A stretch of 64,000 nucleotides of DNA, taken from Eledone cirrhosa. Lineage: Eukaryota. The notes beneath the pieces were generated by a model. That model was not told the DNA's origin and made no database searches. It saw nothing but the letters and a program-made list of their open reading frames with translations. Both the position numbers and the translations under genes were made by a program. Shown here piece by piece: positions 15,601 to 29,071 of the stretch (position 1 is its first letter; the number at the start of each line of letters is the position of its first letter). The DNA is taken from positions 3,286,001-3,350,000 of the forward strand of contig OZ024741.1 of assembly GCA_964016885.1 (NCBI GenBank). The letters are read 5' to 3'.

Positions 15601-17905
15601 CAACAGCAATATAGAGAGACATAACAAATACAGCAATATAGAGACATAACAACTACAGCAATATAGAGAGACAACATAACATATAAAGCAATATAGTGAG
15701 CCATAGCAACTACAGCAATATAGAGACATAACAACTACAGCAATATAGAGAGACAACATAACAACTCCAGCAATATAGAGAAACATAACAACTACAGCAA
15801 TATAGAGACATAACAACTACAGCAATATAGAGACATAACAACTACAGCAATATAGAGAGACAACATAACAACTACAGCAATATAGAGAGACAACAACTAC
15901 AGCAACATAGAGACATAACAACCACACCAATATAGAGAGACAACATAACAACTACAGCAATATAGAGAGACATAACAACTACAGCAATATAGAGACATAA
16001 CAACTACAGCAATATAGAGAGACAATATAATAACTACAGCAATATGGAGAGACATAACAACTACAGCAATATAGAAAGAAAACATAACAACTACAGCAAT
16101 ATAGAGAGACATAACAACTACAGCAATATCGAGAGATAACAACTACAGCAATATTGAGAGACATAACCACTACAGCAATATAGAGAGATAAAAACTACAG
16201 CAATATAGAGAGACATAACAACTACAGCAATATAGAGACATAACAAGTACAGCAATATAGAGAGACATAACAACAACAGCAATATAGAGAGACATAACAA
16301 CTACAGCAATATAGAGACATAACAACTACAGCAATATAGAGAGACAACATAACATATAAAGCAATATAGTGAGTCATAACAACTACAGCAATATAGAGAC
16401 ATAACAACTACAGCAATATAGAGAGACAACATAACAACTCCAGCAATATATAAAGACATAACAACTACAGCAATATAGAGACATAACAACTACAGCATTA
16501 TAGAGACATAACAACTACAGCAATATAGAGAGACAACATAACAACTACAGCAATATAGAGAGACAACAACTACAGCAACATAGAGACATAACAACCACAC
16601 CAATATAGAGAGACAACATAACTACAGCAATATAGAGAGACATAACAACTACAGCAATATAGAGACATAACAACTACAGCAATATACAGAGACAATATAA
16701 CAACTACAGCAATATGGAGAGACAATATAACAACTGCAGCAATATAGAGACATAACGACTACAGCAATATAGAGACATAACAACTACAGCAATATAGAGA
16801 CATAACAACTACAGAAATATAGAGACATAACAGCTACAGCAATATAGAGACATAATAACTACAGCAATATAAATGGACAACATAACAACTACAGCATTAT
16901 AGAGAGACATACCAACTACAGCAATATAGAGACATAACAACTACAGCAATATAGAGAGACATAACAACTGCAGCAATATAGAGAGACAACATAACAACGA
17001 CAGCAATATAGGGAGACATAACAAATACAGCAATATAGAAAGAAATAAAAACTACAGCAATATAGAGAGACATAACAACTACAGCAATATAGAGACATAA
17101 CAAGTACGGCAATATAGAGAGACATAACAACTATAGCAATATAGAGAGACATAACAACTACAGCAATATAGAGACATAACAACTACAGCAATATAGAGAG
17201 AAAACATAACAACTACAGCAATATAGAGACATAACAACTACAGCAATATAGAGACATAACAAATACAGCAATATAGAGAGACAACATAACAACTACAGCA
17301 ATATAGAGAGACATAACAACTACAACAATATAGAGACACATAACAACTACAACAATATAGAGACATAACAACTACAGCAATATAGAGACATAACAACTAC
17401 AGAAATATAGAGACATAACAACTACAGCAATATAGAGACATAACAACTACGGCGATGTAGAGAGACATAACAACTACAGCAATATAGAGAGACATAACAA
17501 CTACAGCAATATAGAGACATAACAACTACAGCAATATAGAGACATAACAACTACAACAATATAGAGACATAACAAGTACAACAATATAGAGAGATAAAAA
17601 CTACAGCAATATAGAGAGACATAACAACTACAGCAATATAGAGAGACATAACAACTACAGCAATATAGAGAGATAAGAACTACAGCAATATAGAGAGACA
17701 TAACAACTACAGCAATATAGAGAGACATAACAACTACTGCAATATAGAGACATAACAACTACAGCAATATAGAGACATAACAACTACAGAAATATAGAGA
17801 CATAACAACTACACCAATATAGAGACATAACAACTACAGCAATGTAGAGAGACATAACAACTACAGCAATGTAGACAGACATAACAACTAAAGCAATATA
17901 GAGAG
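9635..17905 (+). repeat. 4135-bp tandem higher-order duplication (2 copies)
   Basis: ORF-track pairs sit at a constant offset of 4135 (9670/13805, 10842/14977, 12762/16897, 13366/17501). Shared rare variants include GACATATTAAC and ATAAATGGAC. Ends are approximate. Confidence 0.9.
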
Positions 17906-18979
17906 GTAACAACTACAGCAATATAGAGAGACATAACAACTACAGCAATATAGAGAGACATGACAACTACAGCAATATAGAGACATAACAATTACAGCAA
18001 CATGGAGACATAACAACTACACCAATATAAAAAGACAACATAACAACTACAGCAATATAGAGAGACATAACAACAACAACAATATAGAGAGACATAACCC
18101 CTACAGCAATATAGAGACATAACAACTACAGCAATATAGAGACATAACAACTACAGCAATATAGAGACATAACAACTACAGAAATATAGAGACATAACAA
18201 CTACAGCAATATAGAGACATAACAACTACAGCAATGTAGAGAGACATAACAACTACAGCAATATAGAGAGGTAACAACTACAGCAATATAGAGAGACATA
18301 ACAACTGCAGCAATATTAAGAGACAACATAACAACGACAGCAATATAGGGAGACATAACAAATACAGCAATATAGAAAGACATAACAACTACAGGAATAT
18401 AGAGAGACATAACAACTACAGCAATATTGAGACATAACAAGTACAGCAATATAGAGAGACATAACAACTACAGCAATATAGAGAGACATAACAACTACTG
18501 CAATATAGAGACATAACAACTACAGCAATATAGAGAGACAACATAACATCTACAGCAATATAGAGTCAAGACAAATACAGCAATATAGAGACATGACAAC
18601 TACAGCAATGTAGAGAGACATAACAACTACAGCAATATAGAAATATAGAGAGACAACATAACATCTACAGAAAAATAGAGACATAACAACTACAGCAATA
18701 TAGAGACATAACAACTACAGCAATATAGAGAGAAAACATAACAACTACAGCAATATAGAGACATAACAACTACAGCAATATAGAGACATAACAACTACAG
18801 CAATATATAGAGACAACATAACAACTACAGCAATATAGAGAGACATAACAACTACAACAATATAGAGAATATAACAACTACAGCAATATAGAGACATAAC
18901 AACTACAGCAATATAGAGACATAACAACTACAGCAATATAGAGACATAACAACTACAGAAATATAGAGACATAACAACT

Positions 18980-21900
18980 ACAGCAATATAGAGACATAAC
19001 AACTACAGCAATGTAGAGAGACATAACAACTACAGCTATATAGAGAGACATAACAACTACAGCAGTATAGAGACATAACAACTACAGCAATGTAGAGACA
19101 TAACAACTACAGAATTATAGAGACATAACAACTACAGCAATATAGAGACATAACAACTACAGCAACGTAGAGAGACATAACAACTACAGCAATATAGAGA
19201 GGTAACAACTACAGCAATGTAGAGAGACATAACAACTACAGCAACATAGAGACGTAACAACTCCAGCAATATAGAGAGACATAACAACTAGAGCAATATA
19301 GAGACATAACAACTACAGCAATATAAAGGGACAACATAACAACTATTAATATAGAGAGACATAACAACTACAGCAATATAGAGACATATCAACTACAGCA
19401 ATATAGAGACATAACAACTACAGCAATATAGAGACATAACAACTGCAGAAATATAGAGACATAACAACTACAGCAATATAGAGACATAACAACTACAGCA
19501 ATATAGAGAGAAAACATAACAACTACAGCAATATAAAGACATAACAACTACAGCAATATAGAGACATAACAACTACAGCAATATAGAGAGACAACATAAC
19601 AACTACAGCAATATAGAGAGACATAACAACTACAACAATATATAGAGACATAACAACTACAGCAATATAGAGACATAACAACTACAGCAATATAGAGACA
19701 TAACAACTACAGCAATATAGAGACATAACAACTACAGAAATATAGAGACATAACAACTACAGCAATATAGAGACATAACAACTACGGCGATGTAGAGAGA
19801 CATAACAACTACAGCAATATAGAGAGACATAACAACTACAGCAATATAGAGACATAACAACTACAGCAATATAGAGACATAACAACTACAGCAATATAGA
19901 GACATAACAAGTACAACAATATAGAGAGATAAAAACTACAGCAATATAGAGAGACATAACAACTACAGCAATATAGAGAGACATAACAACTACAGCAATA
20001 TAGAGAGATAACAACTACAGCAATATAGAGAGACATAACAACTACAGCAATATAGAGAGACATAACAACTACTGCAATATAGAGACATAACAACTACAGC
20101 AATATAGAGACATAACAACTACAGAAATATAGAGACATAACAACTACACCAATATAGAGACATAACAACTACAGCAATGTAGAGAGACATAACAACTACA
20201 GCAATGTAGAGAGACATAACAACTAAAGCAATATAGAGAGGTAACAACTACAGCAATATAGAGAGACATAACAACTACAGCAATATAGAGAGACATGACA
20301 ACTACAGCAATATAGAGACATAACAATTACAGTAACATGGAGACATAACAACTACACCAATATAAAGAGACAACATAACAACTACAGCAATATAGAGAGA
20401 CATAACAACAACAACAATATAGAGAGACATAACACCTACAGCAATATAGAGACATAACAACTACAGCAATATAGAGACATAACAACTACAGCAATATAGA
20501 GACATAACAACTACAGAAATATAGAGACATAACAACTACAGCAATATAGAGACATAACAACTACAGCAATGTAGAGAGACATAACAACTACAGCAATATA
20601 GAGACATAACAACTACAGCAATGTAGAGAGACATAACAACTACAGCTATATAGAGAGACATAACAACTACAGCAGTATAGAGACATAACAACTACAGCAA
20701 TGTAGAGACATAACAACTACAGAATTATAGAGACATAACAACTACAGCAATATAGAGACATAACAACTACAGCAACGTAGAGAGACATAACAACTACAGC
20801 AATATAGAGAGGTAACAACTACAGCAATGTAGAGAGACATAACAACTACAGCAACATAGAGACGTAACAACTCCAGCAATATAGAGAGACATAACAACTA
20901 GAGCAATATAGAGACATAACAACTACAGCAATATAAAGGGACAACATAACAACTATTAATATAGAGAGACATAACAACTACAGCAATATAGAGACATATC
21001 AACTACAGCAATATAGAGACATAACAACTACAGCAATATAGAGACATAACAACTGCAGAAATATAGAGACATAACAACTACAGCAATATAGAGACATAAC
21101 AACTACAGCAATATAGAGAGAAAACATAACAACTACAGCAATATAAAGACATAACAACTACAGCAATATAGAGACATAACAACTACAGCAATATAGAGAG
21201 ACAACATAACAACTACAGCAATATAGAGAGACATAACAACTACAACAATATATAGAGACATAACAACTACAGCAATATAGAGACATAACAACTACAGCAA
21301 TATAGAGACATAACAACTACAGCAATATAGAGACATAACAACTACAGAAATATAGAGACATAACAACTACAGCAATATAGAGACATAACAACTACGGCGA
21401 TGTAGAGAGACATAACAACTACAGCAATATAGAGAGACATAACAACTACAGCAATATAGAGACATAACAACTACAGCAATATAGAGACATAACAACTACA
21501 GCAATATAGAGACATAACAAGTACAACAATATAGAGAGATAAAAACTACAGCAATATAGAGAGACATAACAACTACAGCAATATAGAGAGACATAACAAC
21601 TACAGCAATATAGAGAGATAACAACTACAGCAATATAGAGAGACATAACAACTACAGCAATATAGAGAGACATAACAACTACTGCAATATAGAGACATAA
21701 CAACTACAGCAATATAGAGACATAACAACTACAGAAATATAGAGACATAACAACTACACCAATATAGAGACATAACAACTACAGCAATGTAGAGAGACAT
21801 AACAACTACAGCAATGTAGAGAGACATAACAACTAAAGCAATATAGAGAGGTAACAACTACAGCAATATAGAGAGACATAACAACTACAGCAATATAGAG

Positions 21901-22190
21901 AGACATGACAACTACAGCAATATAGAGACATAACAATTACAGTAACATGGAGACATAACAACTACACCAATATAAAGAGACAACATAACAACTACAGCAA
22001 TATAGAGAGACATAACAACAACAACAATATAGAGAGACATAACACCTACAGCAATATAGAGACATAACAACTACAGCAATATAGAGACATAACAACTACA
22101 GCAATATAGAGACATAACAACTACAGAAATATAGAGACATAACAACTACAGCAATATAGAGACATAACAACTACAGCAATGTAGAGAGAC
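18980..22190 (+). repeat. 1610-bp tandem higher-order duplication (2 copies)
   Basis: TACAGCTATA occurs at 19031 and 20641. ORF pairs are 19836/21446 and 20144/21754. Ends are approximate. Confidence 0.88.
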
Positions 22191-25100
22191 ATAACACCTA
22201 CAGCAATATAGAGACATAACAACTACAGCAATATAGAGACATAACAACTACAGCAATATAGAGACATAACAACTACAGAAATATAGAGACATAACAACTA
22301 CAGCAATATAGAGACATAACAACTACAGCAGTGTAGAGAGACATAACAAGTACAGCAATATAGAGAGGTAACAACTACAGCAATATAGAGCGACATAACA
22401 ACTGCAGCAATTTTGAGAGACAACATAACAACGACAGCAATATAGGGAGACATAACAAATACAGCAATATAGAAAGACATAACAACTACAGCAATATAGA
22501 GAGACATAACAACTACAGCAATATAGAGACATAACAAGTACAGCAATATAGAGAGACATAACAACTACAGCAATATAGAGAGACATAAAAACTACACCAA
22601 TATAGAGAGACAACATAACAACTACAGCAATATAGAGAGACATAACAACTACAGCAATATAGAGAAACAACATAACAACTACATCAATATAGCGAGACAT
22701 ACAACTACAGCAATATAGTGAGACACAACAACTACAGCAATATAGAGAGACATAAAAACTACACCAATATAGAGAGATAAAAACTACAGCAATATAGAGA
22801 GACATGACAACTACAGCAATATAGAGACATAACAACTACAGCAATATAAAGGGACAACATAACAACTGCAGCAATATAGAGAGACAAAACAACTACAGCA
22901 ATTTAGAGACATATCAACTACAGCAATATAGAGAGACATAACAACTGCAGCAATAAAGAGAGACAACATAACAACGACAGCAATATAGGGAGACATATCA
23001 AATACAGCAATATAGAGAGACATTAGAGCTACAGCAATATAGAGAGACAACATAACAACCACAGCAATATAGAAAGACATAACAACAACAGCAATATAGA
23101 GAGACTTAATAACTACAGCAATATAGAGAGATAACAACTAGCAGCAATATAGAGACATAACAACTACAGCAATATAGAGAGACAACATAACAACTAAAGC
23201 AATATAGAGAGACAACAACTACAGCAACATAGAGACATAACAATTACACCAATATAGCGAGACAATATAACAACTCCAGCAATATTGAGAGACATAACAA
23301 CTACAGAAATATAGAGACATAACAACTACAGCAATATAGAGACATAACAAGTACAACAATATAGAGAGATAAAAACTACAGCAATATAGAGAGACATAAC
23401 AACTACAGCAATATAGAGAGACATAACAACTACAGCAATATAGAGAGATAACAACTACAGCAATATAGAGAGACATAACAACTACAGCAATATAGAGAAA
23501 CATAACAACTACAACAATATAGAGAGACATAACAACTATAGCAATCTAGAGACAAAACAACTACAGCAATATAGAGACATAACAACTACAGAAATATAGA
23601 GACATAACAACTACACCAATATAGAGACATAACAACTACAGCAATGTAGAGAGACATAACAACTACAGCAATATAGAGAGACATAACAACTACTGCAATA
23701 TAGAGACATAACAACTACAACAATATAAAGGGACAACATTACAACTATTAATATAGAGAGACATAACAACTACAGCAATATAGAGACATAACAACTACAG
23801 AAATATAGAGACATAACAACTACAGCAATATAGAGACATAACAAATACAGCAATGTAGAGAGACATAACAACTACAGCTATATAGAGAGACATAACAACT
23901 ACAGCAGTATAGAGACATAACAACTACAGCAATGTAGAGACATAACAACTACAGCAATATAGAGACATAACAACTACAGAATTATAGAGACATAACAACT
24001 ACAGCAATATAGAGACATAACAACTACAGCAACGTAGAGAGACATAACAACTACAGCAATATAGAGAGGTAACAACTACAGCAATGTAGAGAGACATAAC
24101 AACTACAGCAACATAGAGACGTAACAACTCCAGCAATATAGAGAGACATAACAACTAGAGCAATATAGAGACATAACAACTACAGCAATATAAAGGGACA
24201 ACATAACAACTATTAATATAGAGAGACATAACAACTACAGCAATATAGAGACATATCAACTACAGCAATATAGAGACATAACAACTACAGCAATATAGAG
24301 ACATAACAACTGCAGAAATATAGAGACATAACAACTACAGCAATATAGAGACATAACAACTACAGCAATATAGAGAGAAAACATAACAACTACAGCAATA
24401 TAGAGACATAACAACTACAGCAATATAGAGACATAACAACTACAGCAATATAGAGAGACAACATAACAACTACAGCAATATAGAGAGACATAACAACTAC
24501 AACAATATATAGAGACATAACAACTACAGCAATATAGAGACATAACAACTACAGCAATATAGAGACATAACAACTACAGAAATATAGAGACATAACAACT
24601 ACAGCAATATAGAGACATAACAACTACAGCAATGTAGAGAGACATAACAACTACAGCAATATAGAGAGACATAACAACTACAGCAATATAGAGACATAAC
24701 AACTACAGCAATATAGAGACATAACAACTACAGCAATATAGAGACATAACAACTACAGAAATATAGAGACATAACAACTACAGCAATATAGAGACATAAC
24801 AACTACAGCAATGTAGAGAGACATAACAACTGCAGCAATATAGAGAGAAATAACAGCTACAGCAATATAGAGAGGTAACAACTACAGCAATATAGAGAGA
24901 CATAACAACTACAGCAACATAGAGACATAACAACTACAGCAATATAGAGACATAACAACTACAGCAATATAGAGACATAACAACTACAGAAATATAGAGA
25001 CATAACAACTACAGCAATATAGAGACATAACAACTACAGCAGTGTAGAGAGACATAACAACTACAGCAATATAGAGAGGTAACAACTACAGCAATATAGA

Positions 25101-28100
25101 GCGACATAACAACTGCAGCAATATTGAGAGACAACATAACAACGACAGCAATATAGGGAGACATAACAAATACAGCAATATAGAAAGACATAACAACTAC
25201 AGCAATATAGAGAGACATAACAACTACAGCAATATAGAGACATAACAAGTACAGCAATATAGAGAGACATAACAACTACAGCAATATAGAGAGACATAAA
25301 AACTACACCAATATAGAGAGACAACATAACAACTACAGCAATATAGAGAGACATAACAACTACAGCAATATAGAGAAACAACATAACAACTACATCAATA
25401 TAGCGAGACATACAACTACAGCAATATAGTGAGACACAACAACTACAGCAATATAGAGAGACATAAAAACTACACCAATATAGAGAGATAAAAACTACAG
25501 CAATATAGAGAGACATGACAACTACAGCAATATAGAGACATAACAACTACAGCAATATAAAGGGACAACATAACAACTGCAGCAATATAGAGAGACAAAA
25601 CAACTACAGCAATTTAGAGACATATCAACTACAGCAATATAGAGAGACATAACAACTGCAGCAATAAAGAGAGACAACATAACAACGACAGCAATATAGG
25701 GAGACATAACAAATACAGCAATATAGAGAGACATTAGAACTACAGCAATATAGAGAGACAACATAACAACCACAGCAATATAGAAAGACATAACAACAAC
25801 AGCAATATAGAGAGACTTAATAACTACAGCAATATAGAGAGATAACAACTAGCAGCAATATAGAGACATAACAACTACAGCAATATAGAGAGACAACATA
25901 ACAACTAAAGCAATATAGAGAGACAACAACTACAGCAACATAGAGACATAACAATTACACCAATATAGAGAGACAATATAACAACTCCAGCAATATTGAG
26001 AGACATAACAACTACAGAAATATAGAGACATAACAACTACATCAATATAGAGACATAACAAGTACAACAATATAGAGAGATAAAAACTACAGCAATATAG
26101 AGAGACATAACAACTACAGCAATATAGAGAGACATAACAACTACAGCAATATAGAGAGATAACAACTACAGCAATATAGAGAGACATAACAACTACAGCA
26201 ATATAGAGAGACATAACAACTACAACAATATAGAGAGACATAACAACTACAGCAATATAGAGACAAAACAACTACAGCAATATAGAGACATAACAACTAC
26301 AGAAATATAGAGACATAACAACTACAACAATATAGAGACATAACAACTACAGCAATGTAGAGAGACATAACAACTACAGCAATATAGAGAGACATAACAA
26401 CTACTGCAATATAGAGACATAACAACTACAACAATATAAAGGGACAACATTACAACTATTAATATAGAGAGACATAACAACTACAGCAATATTGAGACAT
26501 ATCAACTACAGCAATATAGAGAGACATAACAACTGCAGCAATATAGAGAGACAACATAACAACGACAGCAATATAGGGAGACATAACAAATACAGCAATA
26601 TAGAAAGACATAACAACTACAGCAATATAGAGAGACATATCAACTACAGCAATATAAAGACATAACAACTACAGCAATATAAAGGGACAACATAACAACT
26701 ACAGCAATATAGAGAGACATAACAACTACAGCAATATAGAGACATATCAACTACAGCAATATAGAGAGACAACATAACAAAGACAGCAATATAGAAAGAA
26801 ATAACAACTACAGCAATATAGAGAGACATAACAACTACAGCAATATAGAGAGACATAACAACTACAGCAATATAGAGAGACAACATAACAACTACAGCAA
26901 TATACAGACATAACAACTACAGCAATATAGAAAGACATAACAACTACGGCAATATAGAGAGACATAATAACTACAGCAATATAGAGAGATAACAACTACA
27001 GCAATATAGAGAGACATAACAACTACAGCAATATAGAGACATATCAACTACAGCAATATAGAGAGACAATATAACAACGACAGCAATATAGGGAGACATA
27101 ACAAACACAGCAATATAGAAAGACATAACAACTACAGCAATATAGAGAGACATAACACCTATAGCAATATAGAGATAACAACTACAGCAATTTAAAGAGA
27201 CATAACAACTACAGCAATATAGAGAGACAACATAACAACTACAGCAATATAGAGAGACATAACAACTACAGCAATATAGAAAGACATAACAACTACTGCA
27301 ATATAGAGAGACATAACAGCTACAGGAATATAGAGAGATAACAACTACAGCAATATAGAGACACATAACAACTACAGCAATATAAAGGGACAACATAACA
27401 ACTACAGCAATATAGAGTGACATAACAACTGCAGCAATATAGAGAGACAACATAACAACTACAGCAATATAGAGACATAACAAGTACAGTAATATAGAGA
27501 GACATAACAACAACAGCAATATAGAGAGATATAACAACTACAGCAATATAGAGACATAACAACTACAGCAATATAGAGACATAACAACTACAGCAATATA
27601 GAGAGACAACATAACAACTCCAGCAATATAGAGAGACATAAAAACTACAGCAATATAGAGACATAACAACTACAGCAATATAGATACGTAACAACTACAG
27701 CAATATAGAGACATAACAACTACAGCAATATAGAGAGACAACATAACAACTACAGCAATATAGAGAGACAACAACTACAGCAACATAGTGACATAACAAC
27801 TACACCAATATAGAGAGACAACATAACAACTACAGCAATATAGAGAGACATAACAACTACAGCAATATAGAGACATAACAACTACTGCAATATAGAGAGA
27901 CAATATAACAACTACAGCAATATGGAGAGACATAACAACTGCAGCAATATAGAGACATAACGACTACAGCAATATATAGACATAACAACTACAGCAATAT
28001 AGAGTGACATAACAACTGCAGCAATATAGAGAGACAACATAACAACTACAGCAATATAGAGACATAACAAGTACAGTAATATAGAGAGACATAACAACAA

Positions 28101-28715
28101 CAGCAATATAGAGAGATATAACAACTACAGCAATATAGAGACATAACAACTACAGCAATATAGAGACATAACAACTACAGCAATATAGAGAGACAACATA
28201 ACAACTCCAGCAATATAGAGAGACATAAAAACTACAGCAATATAGAGACATAACAACTACAGCAATATAGATACGTAACAACTACAGCAATATAGAGACA
28301 TAACAACTACAGCAATATAGAGAGACAACATAACAACTACAGCAATATAGAGAGACAACAACTACAGCAACATAGTGACATAACAACTACACCAATATAG
28401 AGAGACAACATAACAACTACAGCAATATAGAGAGACATAACAACTACAGCAATATAGAGACATAACAACTACAGCAATATAGAGAGACAATATAACAACT
28501 ACAGCAATATGGAGAGACATAACAACTGCAGCAATATAGAGACATAACGACTACAGCAATATATAGACATAACAACTACAGCAATATAGAGACATAACAA
28601 CTACAGAAATATAGAGACATAACAGCTATAGCAATATAGAGACATAACAACTACAGCAATATAAATGGACAACATAACAACTACAGCAATATAGAGAGAC
28701 ATACCAACTACAGCA

Positions 28716-28736
28716 ATCATCATCATCATCATCATC
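28716..28736 (-). repeat. (ATC)7 / sense (GAT)7 microsatellite 3' tail of LINE copy 1
   Basis: ATCATCATCATCATCATCATC lies directly at the element/satellite junction. Short-repeat tails are typical of RTE elements. Confidence 0.95.
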
Positions 28737-28745
28737 AACGTTTAA

Positions 28746-28778
28746 CGTCCGTGTTCCACGCTTGCATGGGTTTGGACG
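28746..28778 (-). other. Terminal 3' stem-loop of the LINE RNA (putative RT recognition signal); copy 2 at 33983-34015
   Basis: Sense CGTCC-AAAC-CCATG-CAAG-CGTGG-AACAC-GGACG gives nested CGTCC/GGACG and CCATG/CGTGG stems about 10 nt before the tail. Confidence 0.65.
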
Positions 28779-29022
28779 GGGGTAGTCCCACTTGAGGCAA
28801 GAGTGATCGTCTTGCTCGCATAGGACTGTCTGGCAGGTTTTCTACAGTTGGATGCCCTTCCTAACACCAACCACATTTACAGTGTGGGTCTGGGAGGTTT
28901 TTACCGTGTTTCCTACACGGCCACATTACAGCGTGGACTGTGTGTTTTTTTGTCGTGACACCTACACGATCTCATTTGTTTCGGCCTGGATGGCGCGGCA
29001 CCAACATAACTTTACATAGAAC

Positions 29023-29062
29023 GGGGTGGTGTGGATGGGGTGGGGGTGGTGGCGGGACGGGG
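29023..29062 (+). other. G-run tract (potential G-quadruplex on plus; C-rich on element sense strand); copy 2 at 34260-34299
   Basis: GGGG-TGGTGTGGAT-GGGG-T-GGGGG-TGGTGGC-GGG-AC-GGGG has five runs of at least 3 G, immediately after the ORF stop. Confidence 0.6.
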
Positions 29063-29071
29063 TGTATTTTG

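Larger units (their letters stand above)
1..28717 (+). repeat. Tandem satellite/minisatellite array, segment 1; monomer ACATAACAACTACAGCAATATAGAG(AG), 23-30 bp variants
   Basis: Continuous head-to-tail copies of the core CAACTACAGCAATATAGAG. Variants are 27 bp (consensus), 25 bp (minus AG, AC or TA), 23 bp (GAGATAAC) and 30 bp (GAGACAACATAAC). The array runs off the left edge of the window. Confidence 0.99.

Noticed and set aside
29002-29010. CAACATAAC in the LINE 3' UTR matches the 30-bp monomer variant, suggesting the satellite derives from the LINE
   Set aside because: The match is only 9 bp of low-complexity sequence with no extension on either side, so it is compatible with chance.
28737-29071. 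Known self-cleaving ribozyme (hammerhead or HDV-like) in the LINE UTR
   Set aside because: I found no CUGAUGA...GAAA core arranged with the required stems on either strand, as the TGATGA is just the tail. Described HDV-like ribozymes of RTEs lie at the 5' end, which is missing here.
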